Shown piece by piece: positions 1 to 10,766 of a stretch of DNA of 61,083 nt. Position numbers and translations under genes: made by a program. The stretch's first letter is position 1. Each line of letters starts with the position of its first letter. Source of the stretch: Nemertoderma westbladi (lineage: Eukaryota; Animalia; Xenacoelomorpha); NCBI GenBank assembly GCA_032718475.1, contig JAUCBJ010001536.1:1-61083 (forward strand), in the 5' to 3' direction. The notes beneath the pieces were generated by a model that was given only the letters and a program-made list of their open reading frames with translations, was not told the origin of the DNA and ran no database searches.

Positions 1-68
1 CACGGCCCCTAATGTAAGTACCGTTCCTGCTAACAAACTGATTTATTTAAAATACTATTCCATTCCAG

Positions 69-249
69 ACGGGAGGCTATGAGACAGAGTTTAGTGGTAG
101 GCGGTGACGCCACATCATCAGAGAAGTCCGGGGGGAAGGGATGGAAGTGTATGAGGAGGAAAAAGAAGAAGTTAAAGCCTGGATTCAGTTCTACATCGGT
201 GGATCTAGAGGAAGTTCTTACTTACGAGGAGGTTGAACTTTATAAACCC
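69..249 (+). CDS. PALS1: MAGUK p55 family PALS1/MPP5/stardust, HOOK-region exon (5' of gene outside window)
   Basis: ttccAG acceptor 67-68, GTGAGT donor at 250; translates REAMRQS...WKCMRRKKKK...EEVLTYEEVELYKP, matching the MPP5 REAMKQ...EEILTYEEM region. Confidence 0.88.
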
Positions 250-303
250 GTGAGTTATATAGAAAATATAGGTAGAAACCGTTCTTACAACAGCCTATCA
301 CGA

Positions 304-1577
304 CTGTTGTTTTAGGTAACGTCCTCAACAACCAATCACTGTTGTTTTAGGTAACGTCCTCGACAACCAATCATTGTTGTTTTAGGTAACGTCCTCAACA
401 ACCAATCATTGTTGTTTTGGGTAACGTCCTCAACAACCAATCATTGTTGTTTTAGGTAACGTCCTCACCAACCAATCATTGCTGTTTTAGGTAACGTCCT
501 CGACAACCAATCATTGTTGTTTTAGGTAACGTCCTCAACAACCAATCATTGTTGTTTTAGGTAACGTCCTCAACAACCAATCATTGTTGTTTTAGGTAAC
601 GTCCTCAACAGCCAATCATTGTTGTTTTAGGTAACGTCCTCAACAACCAATCATTGTTGTTTTAGGTAACGTCCTCAACAACCAATCACTGTTGTTTTAG
701 GTAACGTCCTCGACAACCAATCATTGTTGTTTTAGGTAACGTCCTCACCAACCAATCACTGTTGTTTTAGGTAACGTCCTCGACAACCAATCATTGTTGT
801 TTTAGGTAACGTCCTCACCAACCAATCACTGTTGTTTTAGGTAACGTCCTCAACAACCAATCATTGTTGTTTTAGGTAACGTCCTCAACAGCCAATCACT
901 GTTGTTTTAGGTAACGTCCTCAACAACCAATCATTGTTGTTTTAGGTAACGTCCTCAACAACCAATCATTGTTGTTTTAGGTAACGTCCTCAACAACCAA
1001 TCATTGTTGTTTTAGGTAACGTCCTCAACAACCAATCATTGTTGTTTTAGGTAACGTCCTCAACAACCAATCATTGTTGTTTTAGGTAACGTCCTCAACA
1101 ACCAATCATTGTTGTTTTAGGTAACGTCCTCAACAACCAATCACTGTTGTTTTAGGTAACGTCCTCACCAACCAATCTCTGTTGTTTTAGGTAACGTCCT
1201 CAACAACCAATCACTGTTGTTTTAGGTAACGTCCTCAACAACCAATCATTGTTGTTTTAGGTAACGTCCTCACCAACCAATCACTGTTGTTTTAGGTAAC
1301 GTCCTCAACAACCAATCACTGTTGTTTTAGGTAACGTCCTCACCAACCAATCACTGTTGTTTTAGGTAACGTCCTCAACAACCAATCACTGTTGTTTTAG
1401 GTAACGTCCTCAACAACCAATCACTGTTGTTTTAGGTAACGTCCTCAACAACCAATCATTGTTGTTTTAGGTAACGTCCTCACCAACCAATCACTGTTGT
1501 TTTAGGTAACGTCCTCAACAACCAATCACTGTTGTTTTAGGTAACGTCCTCAACAACCAATCATTGTTGTTTTAGGT
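304..1577 (+). repeat. 35-bp intronic minisatellite, 36 units
   Basis: Unit gtaacgtcctcaacaaccaatcattgttgttttag; AG positions 314 + 35n up to the real acceptor at 1574. Confidence 0.98.
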
Positions 1578-1690
1578 TGCCAATAGAAAACGCCCTATAA
1601 TTCTGGTTGGGCCGCAATACGTTGGACGAGGTGTACTCAGACAGCGGTTACTGGATGATGAATCTGGCCGTTTCCAGACCCCGGTTCCAC
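1576..1690 (+). CDS. PALS1: PALS1/MPP5 exon, start of guanylate-kinase-like domain
   Basis: ttttAG 1574-75, donor GTTAGT at 1691; [26 protein letters not shown]...RFQTPVP(H); in frame with flanking exons; not in ORF track. Confidence 0.92.
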
Positions 1691-1847
1691 GTTAGTAGCT
1701 AATAATTCAACGATTTTCAATTTGTTGACAGTTTTATATAAATATTGTTTTAAATTTTACTGAAATCAAATTGCACATTTTCTTCATTTTCCGGACTACA
1801 AAAAGAGTTGTTTGGAGGCAATCGTTATTCTAGAACATTTATTTCAG

Positions 1848-2050
1848 ATACAACTAGACCCCGGAGGGAGTCCGAACACCACGGCCGTGACTACTACTTC
1901 GTTACCAGGTCAACCTTCGATGACGAAGTCCAACGCGGTAAATTCGTGGAGTACGGAGAACATCAGGGTTATTATTACGGGACCACGATGGATTCTATAC
2001 GGCTAGTCGTCAAAAGTGGAGCCTCCTGCGTCATGAATCTACACCCTCAG
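1848..2050 (+). CDS. PALS1: PALS1/MPP5 GK domain exon
   Basis: tttcAG/GTAGGT boundaries; HTTRPRR..E..GRDYYFV...GKFVEYGE..GYYYGT. Confidence 0.95.
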
Positions 2051-2257
2051 GTAGGTTCACTACCGGTTTCATCTGTTAGAATAACCTGCTGGTTCAGTAC
2101 CGGTGCTACTTGTATCATTATCCTACACTCACGCTTACTTTACACACACTTTATATTAATGTTTACACACATTATTTTACTTTACACCAACTTTATATTA
2201 CTATATAGTTATACACCCGCTTTCTATTACTTTACACCAACTTTATATTACTTCCAG

Positions 2258-2356
2258 TCGATGCGGCTAATAAAGAACGCTGAGGTCATGCCTTTCTTTG
2301 TGTTCATTGCGCCCCCTAGTTTCGAATCTTTGAAGTTACAGAACCCAACTGTGGAG
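2258..2356 (+). CDS. PALS1: PALS1/MPP5 GK domain exon
   Basis: ttccAG/GTACGT boundaries; SMRLIKNAEVMPFFVFIAPPSFESL. Confidence 0.92.
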
Positions 2357-2514
2357 GTACGTTATTGGCCTACCTGCAGGCCAGTATGTCAGTTGTGTTT
2401 ATATTACCCAACATTTTCTTACATTATCAGCTGTTTGTGCTTAATAATATTATTTAATTTCAGTTATACTTGTAGGTTATTAGCCAATATAGTACGTAAT
2501 CATTCCGATTTTAG

Positions 2515-2694
2515 GACCCTAAGTTACGGACCACTATGGACACAGCGCGGGAGTTTGAATCCAATTACGGACATTACTTCGATTTGGTTATAATAAATAG
2601 AGACCCGGACGATACTTATAGACAAATAATAGACTGGATCGACCGACTGGACAGGGATCAGCAGTGGGTCTGGAGCCATTGGCTGCCGCACTAG
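2515..2694 (+). CDS. PALS1: PALS1/MPP5 terminal exon
   Basis: ttttAG acceptor; DPKLR...NYGHYFDLVIINRD...LDRDQQWVWSHWLPH-stop, typical MPP C-terminus. Confidence 0.92.
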   Translation, partial: DPKLRTTMDTAREFESNYGHYFDLVIINRDPDDTYRQIIDWIDRLDRDQQWVWSHWLPH

Positions 2695-4318
2695 CCAATG
2701 GGAGTCCCGCTCGCTTAGACAACCAATCACTGCCTCCTCGGGGATCCTCCCGCCGCGAAACGCCATCTAGTGGCCGTCACCCGCCACGTGTTCCATCATC
2801 TGCCGCCGGATGGCGTTCTCTCACATTGCCCGGATAATAACAGTGTGGACCAATTGTTTGTTTGTTTAGTTTATAATTATTGTGATGACGTCATCGTTTA
2901 CGGGAACTGGTGCAAACATTGGATTAATCGACCTTCTTACCAGTCCTGTTTCTATGGTTACCGGTTCTGGTGCAAAAATTTAAAGTTTTTTTAATTTCCC
3001 TTTTCGTCTTGTATCTATGGTTACTGGTGCTCACATTGGGTTAATCAATACTTCTGGGGTCATCCGTAAATGACGTCACAGTCAGCGAATCAGGGGGGGG
3101 GGGGGCTATCAACATTCCGGTCTCATATTTTATATTTTTTTTTACTATTTCAAGTTGTCGGATGAAAAAAGGTACTTTTTAGTTCAGTTTATTTTAAATA
3201 TTTTCTATAATTTTAACATCCAAAAAGAGGAGCGTGTTGGGGGGGGGGGGGGGGGGGGGTTCTAAAAATGGAGTATTTACTCCGACGTATGACTCATAAG
3301 CAGTCCTGTTGCCACGGTTACCTGTGCATTCTGTTCGTTTTATTGGTATCAATTATTGTAAAGGGCAAATCGATTATTTTTCCGAGAATTTTTATTTTTA
3401 TGTAAAAACCTACAGATTTAGGGAACGTCGGACATATAATATTATTTATTGTTAATATGTAATTAATACAATGTGTATCAATGACTATTCTTGTAAGCGT
3501 TTTTATAAAAGTGCTGTTATTAAACCTTTCGAGGCACCGTTGGTGTGTTTCTATTGTTTTAGTTTGTAGAATATTTTTCCCAATATGAATGTTGACAAAT
3601 TTTATAAATTTTTAAAATTGTAAATTTAACAGATTTTTATGTAGTTTTATTAGTTTAGTTCCAATAACTGCGGAAATTCTAATTTCTTATTAAATTTATT
3701 TTATAAAAGCAGCTATAGATTGGACTTGATGCCGCCATATTAGTTTATTAAATAAAATAAAGTGTTTTTATTGTCGGATAAAGTGTCCAACCCGTAAGTT
3801 GATTTCTCATTTAGACAAACTGTGCAGTTGAAACTTTATCATAATTATGGTACGCTAACCATTTAGGTTATACCGATCTACAAGTCTATTTGTAATTTAA
3901 TAATATAAAATAATAATGTCAGTAAATCTCAATTATTATGATGTCCGGTATTTAATGACAGACCTTCAATAGGCCTAACTCGTCTATCGAATGTTTTACT
4001 TTGAGATTTCAAATCAAAGTTAACTAAATTATTTTAACAATTAAATTCTAAACTAGAACTTTTCATTATTTATTTACGAGTTAAAATGTGTCAGTTTTTA
4101 AATCATCAATATCGTCGCGAATATATAATTTTAGTAATTAATTGTTTGTTTTATTGTTTTATATACTTATTTTTTGTTAATTTCATACTTTCTGGCTGTG
4201 TTACCCCATGTTGTTGTTTTTATCCCTTTGGTACCTCTAGTATCAGCTTCAGTGTCCCTTCTTTGGTATTACTAGACTATTTTATTTAATCATATTTCCA
4301 TTTATTCTTTGGAATATA

Positions 4319-5488
4319 CAGCTGGGTCGTTTGCACAAGAAGTGGCCAAATTCCAGGTTAAACAATCTTCGCCAACCCTATCAAATCTTACATACTTCGA
4401 AAGCCCTTAGCGTGCTGATTTCAAATTTCATAATGGTTCATTTTTTCTACCTATGGTAAAAAGTTATGGACGAAAAACGTAGGTCTCGTCGGTAACGCTT
4501 TGTCTCATAACGCTAGTTTAAACCAATCAGGTAGTCGGTGGAGTTAAAACTGACCAATTAAATAAGATAATAATATGAACTTATTATATTATGACTTATA
4601 TTTAAAATATTATTATGATACAATAGGATAAATTTCCTTGTTTAAACCAAATGCGCTACGTTTTGGATATTTCTCATCTGTAACGAAAGCGCTTTACAGT
4701 TTCTTTGCGTTACATCTTTCTGTGCATGCTTTACAAGTGAGACAGCGTTACAATGCGTTACATACCGTTACGTGCAGGACAACTGTGGACATGCTTAGCA
4801 ATCTCATTAGGTTAAAGGGACCTTGTATATCATTAGATAGCGCCTTCAGAAACGGTCTAAAAAAACTTTAAATGAAGTAAATCAGATTTGTAGAAGAAAA
4901 GTTAGAGCGAAAACTGCTTGGTTAACTTTTGGGCTTAACTTCTGTTAGACTTGTCGTTTCGCATTCAATCGTATATATACGGATAGCCAATAAAATTATC
5001 TTTCGGAAAATATTTACTTTGTCACAAACACTTTTCACACTATAAAGCTATCTTTAAAAAGCGAACGTTACAACACATGAAAAATTTATAAAAACGAATT
5101 TATAGCATTTTTTATTGCTTCAAAAACAAAACTATAAAGAAGTGTACCCGCATAACGACTAGTACTGGATTGTAGATCACGAAATACGCTTTTGGCCGTT
5201 ATATAATTTACTGGAAGTATCTCTTACTGACATTTGATTATGATTGTTTGTATCTCAAAAACATGAATGGGACATCGCATAAAATGTATTTTCATGCTTG
5301 TAATCCGATAGAAATATATGTCAAATTGCTTAAAACCAATGCCAAAAAATGGGCGAAAATTCGCTCTGTAGAAATTTATATAGGTTTATATGGTTTGGGT
5401 TATTTTCTGCTGAGTTATGGCTTTTAAAATGGCGAAATTACAAGGGACGGACGCAATTTGGGCGCTTTTTGTGCAAACGAACCAGCTG
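4319..5488. mobile_element. Non-autonomous TIR DNA transposon (Tc1/mariner-type MITE-like), ~1.17 kb
   Basis: Imperfect ~34-bp TIRs cagctgggtcgtttgcacaagaagtggccaaatt / aatttgggcgctttttgtgcaaacgaaccagctg; TA on left flank; no transposase ORF. Confidence 0.7.
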
Positions 5489-6299
5489 TTGGTTTTTTAT
5501 TCTCACATTAACAATTTGTGCCGATAAATTTTGAGGAATTAACAGATATTTGACGACTCAGGTTGCTCTATTAACGCACACATCAGAACGAAAACAGTGA
5601 TAACGTAATGAAAATTAATATTAAAAATTAATAATTTGGAAAAAATCAACATTTATTTATATATATTTGATGTTTCAAATATAAAAAAATTGTTCTATTA
5701 AAATAAATATTAATAATATTGATTATTTAAATTTTCGTTACAATTAACTTTATTCTATAAGCTTCCAAACCAAAATACATTTTTGTTTTTATTTAAACTA
5801 AAAGTCTGTTGAATGTCAATAATTGACTATTTCGTTGTCGCTGTATTTCTAATTTTTTTACTATAAAGTTTATAATAATATTTTTAGGAGTTTATTTACA
5901 CAATTTATTTGTGGTTGCCATGGTTCCTACGTTTGGTTTTCTCGTTTTATTTATATTTTTTAAGCGTAAAGCTCAATGATGTGCTTTTTATGAAATAAAT
6001 ACGCAATAAATATTTAAAAGAAAATAAATGTATTTACCAAACATACGGACCCCCCCGAGTAGAGTGGCGGCGTCCCTGCCTTACACAGTTGTTTCATTAG
6101 GGGGGGGGGGGGGGGGGGGGGGGTAGTCGAATTGGGCCAAAAAACTGAATCAGAATTTCACGCTGGGGTGAAGATCTCCGATGACCGATAAGTCTATTCC
6201 GTGTAATCCTGCAAAGACCGCAGAGTCGCTTATTCGAGTCCCGTCTTCATTCCGGAGACTTAAAAACTGATCAGTAGGTCCAATAATCATAAAAAAAAT

Positions 6300-6700
6300 A
6301 CCTTCTCAAATAAAATTATGTACTCTTTCTCGTGGAGACATCCAATTGGCACCACTGAGAACATAAATTTGCATAAATTGAATGCAAACCCCAAACTTCA
6401 TCTCCTTTACCGATATCGCGATATATCGGAGCCAGTATCTTCTACCCGTGATATCTCGAAAACTAAGCAAGATATGGGAAAACGGCTCATTTGAAAGGTA
6501 ATTTCCAGCAGAAAATATGAGAGACTGCAAGTTATTTAATTAGGTTAACTAGCAGGTCCAACAATATCTATATAACAAACATAACACCGATACAATTCGA
6601 TTCACGGAGAACACAGACAATTCATAACGGATATACATACCGTACATACCTAGCAGACAAGACCGAGACCGAGTACGATATCACTTTTACTTTTATAATA
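6300..6700. mobile_element. Probable non-coding interspersed repeat (Helentron/HINE-like)
   Basis: gatatctcgaaaact...ccaaacttc motifs and acgga/catac low-complexity tail reminiscent of DINE-1-type elements; boundaries uncertain. Confidence 0.3.
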
Positions 6701-6759
6701 AAGGTTAAAGTGGGATAGTGGGAACCATAATGGGTTCCGTAAAAGTCGTGGGGACCATG

Positions 6760-7310
6760 GAGACCATTCTGACTCATGCAGAGATTATTGAAGAGGATTC
6801 AACAAAGAATCACAACAGTCTGGCTGTTATCTTCGTTGACTTCTTTAAGGTGTCGCTGCTACTGCATACAGCATTAAGATTCAGTGGTCACTGCTGGAGA
6901 AGTAAACATGAGGTCATACCAGACCTGTCAACCAAAACAAGGAAAGCGTATCCTTGGACGACCGGCTATAACATATATATAGACCAAGTTGAAAGGGATA
7001 CTGAACTTGAGAGAAACGAAATTGCGACAACTTTGGAGAATCGGGAAGCCTGGAAGGCTTATTTCCACTGTAGTAGGCCTAGTAGTGGGCTCTACTAACA
7101 GCTGGGGACACGAAAACCCTGGTTGCACATACTCGCTAGTCGTGTTCATTGTCTCAAATGCAATGAACATATCCAAATAGACCCTATAAAGCATTGGTGC
7201 TGTCTCATTAGTCCCCCTAGACTTCATACTGGAACGGTGTCGCCTCCACCTCGCAGGACATTCTTCCGTGAGGACCAGCCAGTGCATAACATTGTGCTGT
7301 TGCGGCCTCA
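6760..7310 (+). mobile_element. Degraded RTE-like non-LTR retrotransposon fragments
   Basis: AVIFVDF (RT motif), LRFSGHCWRS, YIDQVERDT...ENREAWK and a second RRLHLAGH...VHNIVLLRP piece typical of RTE ORF C-termini; internally deleted. Confidence 0.65.
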
Positions 7311-8360
7311 TTTTTTAACTAAACACTTCAAAATAAGTTAAAATAATTAGTTAACTTGTCATTTAAATTTATTTATTTGGGTTTTAGTTAATTTATCACT
7401 ACAAAATTAATCATTGATTCCAGCCACTGTATAGTACAGTACCATAGGTTGTAAGAGTAAAAGCTGGAATTTGTGACAACACCTAAAACGGCGACAACAC
7501 TCGGCCACAGTCACAAAAACAGTAGACCACAGTCGAAAAATGGTCATAAACAATGGGAATAACAGTATAGCGGAGTCCTAAAAGTCAGCCAAGTTTCGAA
7601 TCCGCATACCGCAGGCAAGTCGTCATGGGACAACAAACAAACTGCCATGCTATTAAACAGTCACCTATGATGAACCTACACAGTGTGTATGTAGTAGTTC
7701 TGTTCTTTGAAGTCTCACCACTCACCAGGAGGACTGGTGAGTGGTCAAAACATATCCACCTATCCATAATTGCAATTATATTATTAGAGAACTTCAAGAT
7801 TATATTATTGTTATTACATTATTAGACACTTACACTCACACTGGTTGGTTCCACTATCGCCCTCCTAATTGAAAGTATTGTTTCACATGTATAGACAATC
7901 TCATTGAATGCGCACTATAATACTGTATGTAGCTAGTGTTATATATTTGTTCCACACCATCAATCATGCAACGTTCGGTTTGTAGCAACGATTGTAAATC
8001 GCTGAATCTTAGGAAATAACAATCTGCCTTCCCGATTCGCTTTACTTTGTAAGTAGTGCGAGGTGTTGCCAACACGAACTAATTTAAATTCAACGAGATT
8101 GCCAGTTATAAAGCCAATGATACGTAAAAACCAATAACATCATTCGTTACTTAATAACCTTAATGTTTGTTATAGGCGTCTAGTTGCCAATAGTTACCAT
8201 TGTGGTATATCTCAATAAATTGTAAAATACCACTAATTATAATATGATATTAGGCCTATAAATTAAATAATATCTCATCAAAACTTACCAGTTTATTACA
8301 AAAAGATTTCGTAAATAATTGAATTAACTGTTTTATACAATCGTACACACAGAGTGAGTA

Positions 8361-10226
8361 ATGGAAGGCGGCCGATCGACTTATATTGGGGACATACCTG
8401 AAGAATTTGTGGAAAATATTGAGGATTCAGGGGAAAGAAGGAAAAATAAGAAGAGGAAGAGACACCATAGAGAGCGGAATGATAGTGGAGATAATGTGGA
8501 AGGAGACGGAGAGCGGAAGAAGAAGAAAAAACATCGGGTGAAAGTCGACCCGATAACAGGGGAGTCAGTTAAACACAGGAAGAAACATCGGCAACAAGAG
8601 TACGACGAAAATGGGATTAATGATCAACAGCCAGAACCGGAAAGAGAAGAGATTCAAAAAGTTAAGTTTGATGTATCGGAATCCAGTAGCGATGGAGATA
8701 AACAAAATATACAGGAAAGTTTACAGAGACCGGCTGGTGTGCAGGTTGCCATGGTTACGCATACAAACGACCCTTCGGCAGTAAATGAATCACCGTTACA
8801 TGAGAGACGCCACCCAGAGGAACAACTAGGAACTTTCGAAACACAAAGCCCTAAACCGCCCCAAGAGATTCCGCGAGCAACAGAATCGAAGCCATCCGGA
8901 AGGGGGCGTCATGTATCGATAGATGTAGCGGCGATAACTGGAGATATCGAAGTAGCGAAGGCGGCGGAACGAGGGGAAAAACGGGCGCCTGGGGGTCGTA
9001 GGAGGTCATCGGTTGCCATGGTAACACAGGGACTGCGACGCGCCAGCACCGTCGCCGTCAACTTTGCCCGGAATCCATGGGAACTGAAACTAGCCAATCA
9101 GATCCTCACTGCGTTACAGGTAGTCATGGCTCTGTGTTTTATAACAGTTGGGGCTGCTCGCATAGATGTTGGGTGTCCGCTGGGTTGGGTTGGGACCGGT
9201 ATATGGGGCGGTTTCATTGTACTGGTCTCAGCTATAACGGCTGGATGCGCCGCCAGGGAGAGAACTAGTAGACACAACCCCGAAAGATGTTACACGTTCC
9301 AGGTCTGTAACGGGTTGCCGTTGTTTGTCGTCAGTGTGTGGGGTGTCTGCGAGGGGATTCTCGCTTCCGCTTACAGGTCCAACTCATTCGGGGGTTGGGA
9401 ATCCCTTGTACTAGAAAAAGACCCCAACACCTGTGAGCCTTTGAGTCTGTTGTACGCCTGTCTGTGGCTTCTGGAGGCTGTTATCTGCGTGTTGCAAGTT
9501 AATTTGGGGTGTCGCGTTACGTGCTGCACCCAGCAGGTGAAAAAGCAGGGGGGAGATAAAGAAACTCAAGTAAAAAAGTTAACTCGGAGGTTAAGTACAG
9601 CGATTATTGGTGGGGGTGATATTCCTTCTCAAGTTGTGGTCGCAGTTGAGGATAATGTCTGGAAGTACAGACCAGCTTATATGGGAGTGTCTCTGGCTCT
9701 GACGTTGTTGTCCTTTGTAGCCTTTGGTGTGGGAGCGGCGAGGGTTCGAGGTGGGTGTTGGTACTGGGAACCAATGGTCGATGTCTGGGTCAGTGTCTAC
9801 GTGCTGGTTGCGGGGATACTGGGGTTGCTAGGCAGCCATGTGAGACAGGTAGACGTGGCTGTGTGTAACCTGCGTGCGATTCGGAGTGTTTCCCTCATTG
9901 TTATCGCATCCGTCGTATGGGCTCTCACAAACAACGCTGTCAGTCTTAAAGGCTCGCTGTCTCACACGAAGCTTCCCGATAACTCCCAGCAGACAGCCTC
10001 TATGGATGCTTGCGCAAACTTATCGCGATGCGGCGTAGTTCTATGGGTTGTTATATTGTTCGCCGCTATTTCTCAGTTTGGGATGGCGCTTAATAAAAAG
10101 CGCTCGGATGACGCGCGTTTAGAGGCAGATAAACCGAGGAGGTGGAGCAGTTCGGGTGGTAAACCGACGCTATTCCGTCGTAAATCATCCGTTCCCGATC
10201 CACCCGTTTACGATAGAGGACAATGA
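8361..10226 (+). CDS. Intronless 621-aa membrane protein: charged/disordered N-terminus plus two tandem CD20/MS4A-like 4-TM modules
   Basis: Long GC-richer ORF; ~8 hydrophobic segments; GTGIWGGFIVLVSAI and VWVSVYVLVAGILG resemble MS4A TM2 motif; both modules share GAAR-x-x-x-GC after TM1. Confidence 0.75.
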   Translation: MEGGRSTYIGDIPEEFVENIEDSGERRKNKKRKRHHRERNDSGDNVEGDGERKKKKKHRVKVDPITGESVKHRKKHRQQEYDENGINDQQPEPEREEIQKVKFDVSESSSDGDKQNIQESLQRPAGVQVAMVTHTNDPSAVNESPLHERRHPEEQLGTFETQSPKPPQEIPRATESKPSGRGRHVSIDVAAITGDIEVAKAAERGEKRAPGGRRRSSVAMVTQGLRRASTVAVNFARNPWELKLANQILTALQVVMALCFITVGAARIDVGCPLGWVGTGIWGGFIVLVSAITAGCAARERTSRHNPERCYTFQVCNGLPLFVVSVWGVCEGILASAYRSNSFGGWESLVLEKDPNTCEPLSLLYACLWLLEAVICVLQVNLGCRVTCCTQQVKKQGGDKETQVKKLTRRLSTAIIGGGDIPSQVVVAVEDNVWKYRPAYMGVSLALTLLSFVAFGVGAARVRGGCWYWEPMVDVWVSVYVLVAGILGLLGSHVRQVDVAVCNLRAIRSVSLIVIASVVWALTNNAVSLKGSLSHTKLPDNSQQTASMDACANLSRCGVVLWVVILFAAISQFGMALNKKRSDDARLEADKPRRWSSSGGKPTLFRRKSSVPDPPVYDRGQ

Positions 10227-10766
10227 AGGAGTTACTGCCGTTCGGTTGTATAACTGAACTGTTATATTCTATATAATATATTCTAGAACTGTCCTGCCAT
10301 ATAAAATGGAATTATGTTTTTATATTATAATATTTTTTTATTTAGAATAATTTTGTAAAATTATATTGAAATGATATTGGACGTTTCCCTACACCGTGGG
10401 CATGCGTGGCGCGTAGCCGGGGCTTGGCCAATTAACATTATAATATTATTAGTATAATGTTTACATGATGTTCATGAGTCTCACAAATAAGTAATATCTT
10501 CTACATATGATAATATCTCGTACTTAGGTCTAACATCAGTCACAGTCACACTTAGACGTACTTCCGATGTACGAACACAAGTAGACCTATCTTTCAAAAG
10601 AATGATAAACATCAATACAGTACAATGACAGACGAATGAATGGTGCAAATAATAATTATTAAAAAAAAATATTGCCACAGAGTGAGCGTATATGCGAGGA
10701 CAAAACAAAGACCACAACAGAATATTTAAAGAAATATTTAAATTTATTCAAGAACATAACTAAGGA

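Noticed and set aside
1-13. Possible PALS1 exon end before GTAAGT at 14
   Set aside because: Too short to verify and translation does not match the expected SH3-end sequence
1808-2593. 261-aa ORF as a single CDS
   Set aside because: Reads through two introns; true exons delimited by splice sites and MAGUK homology
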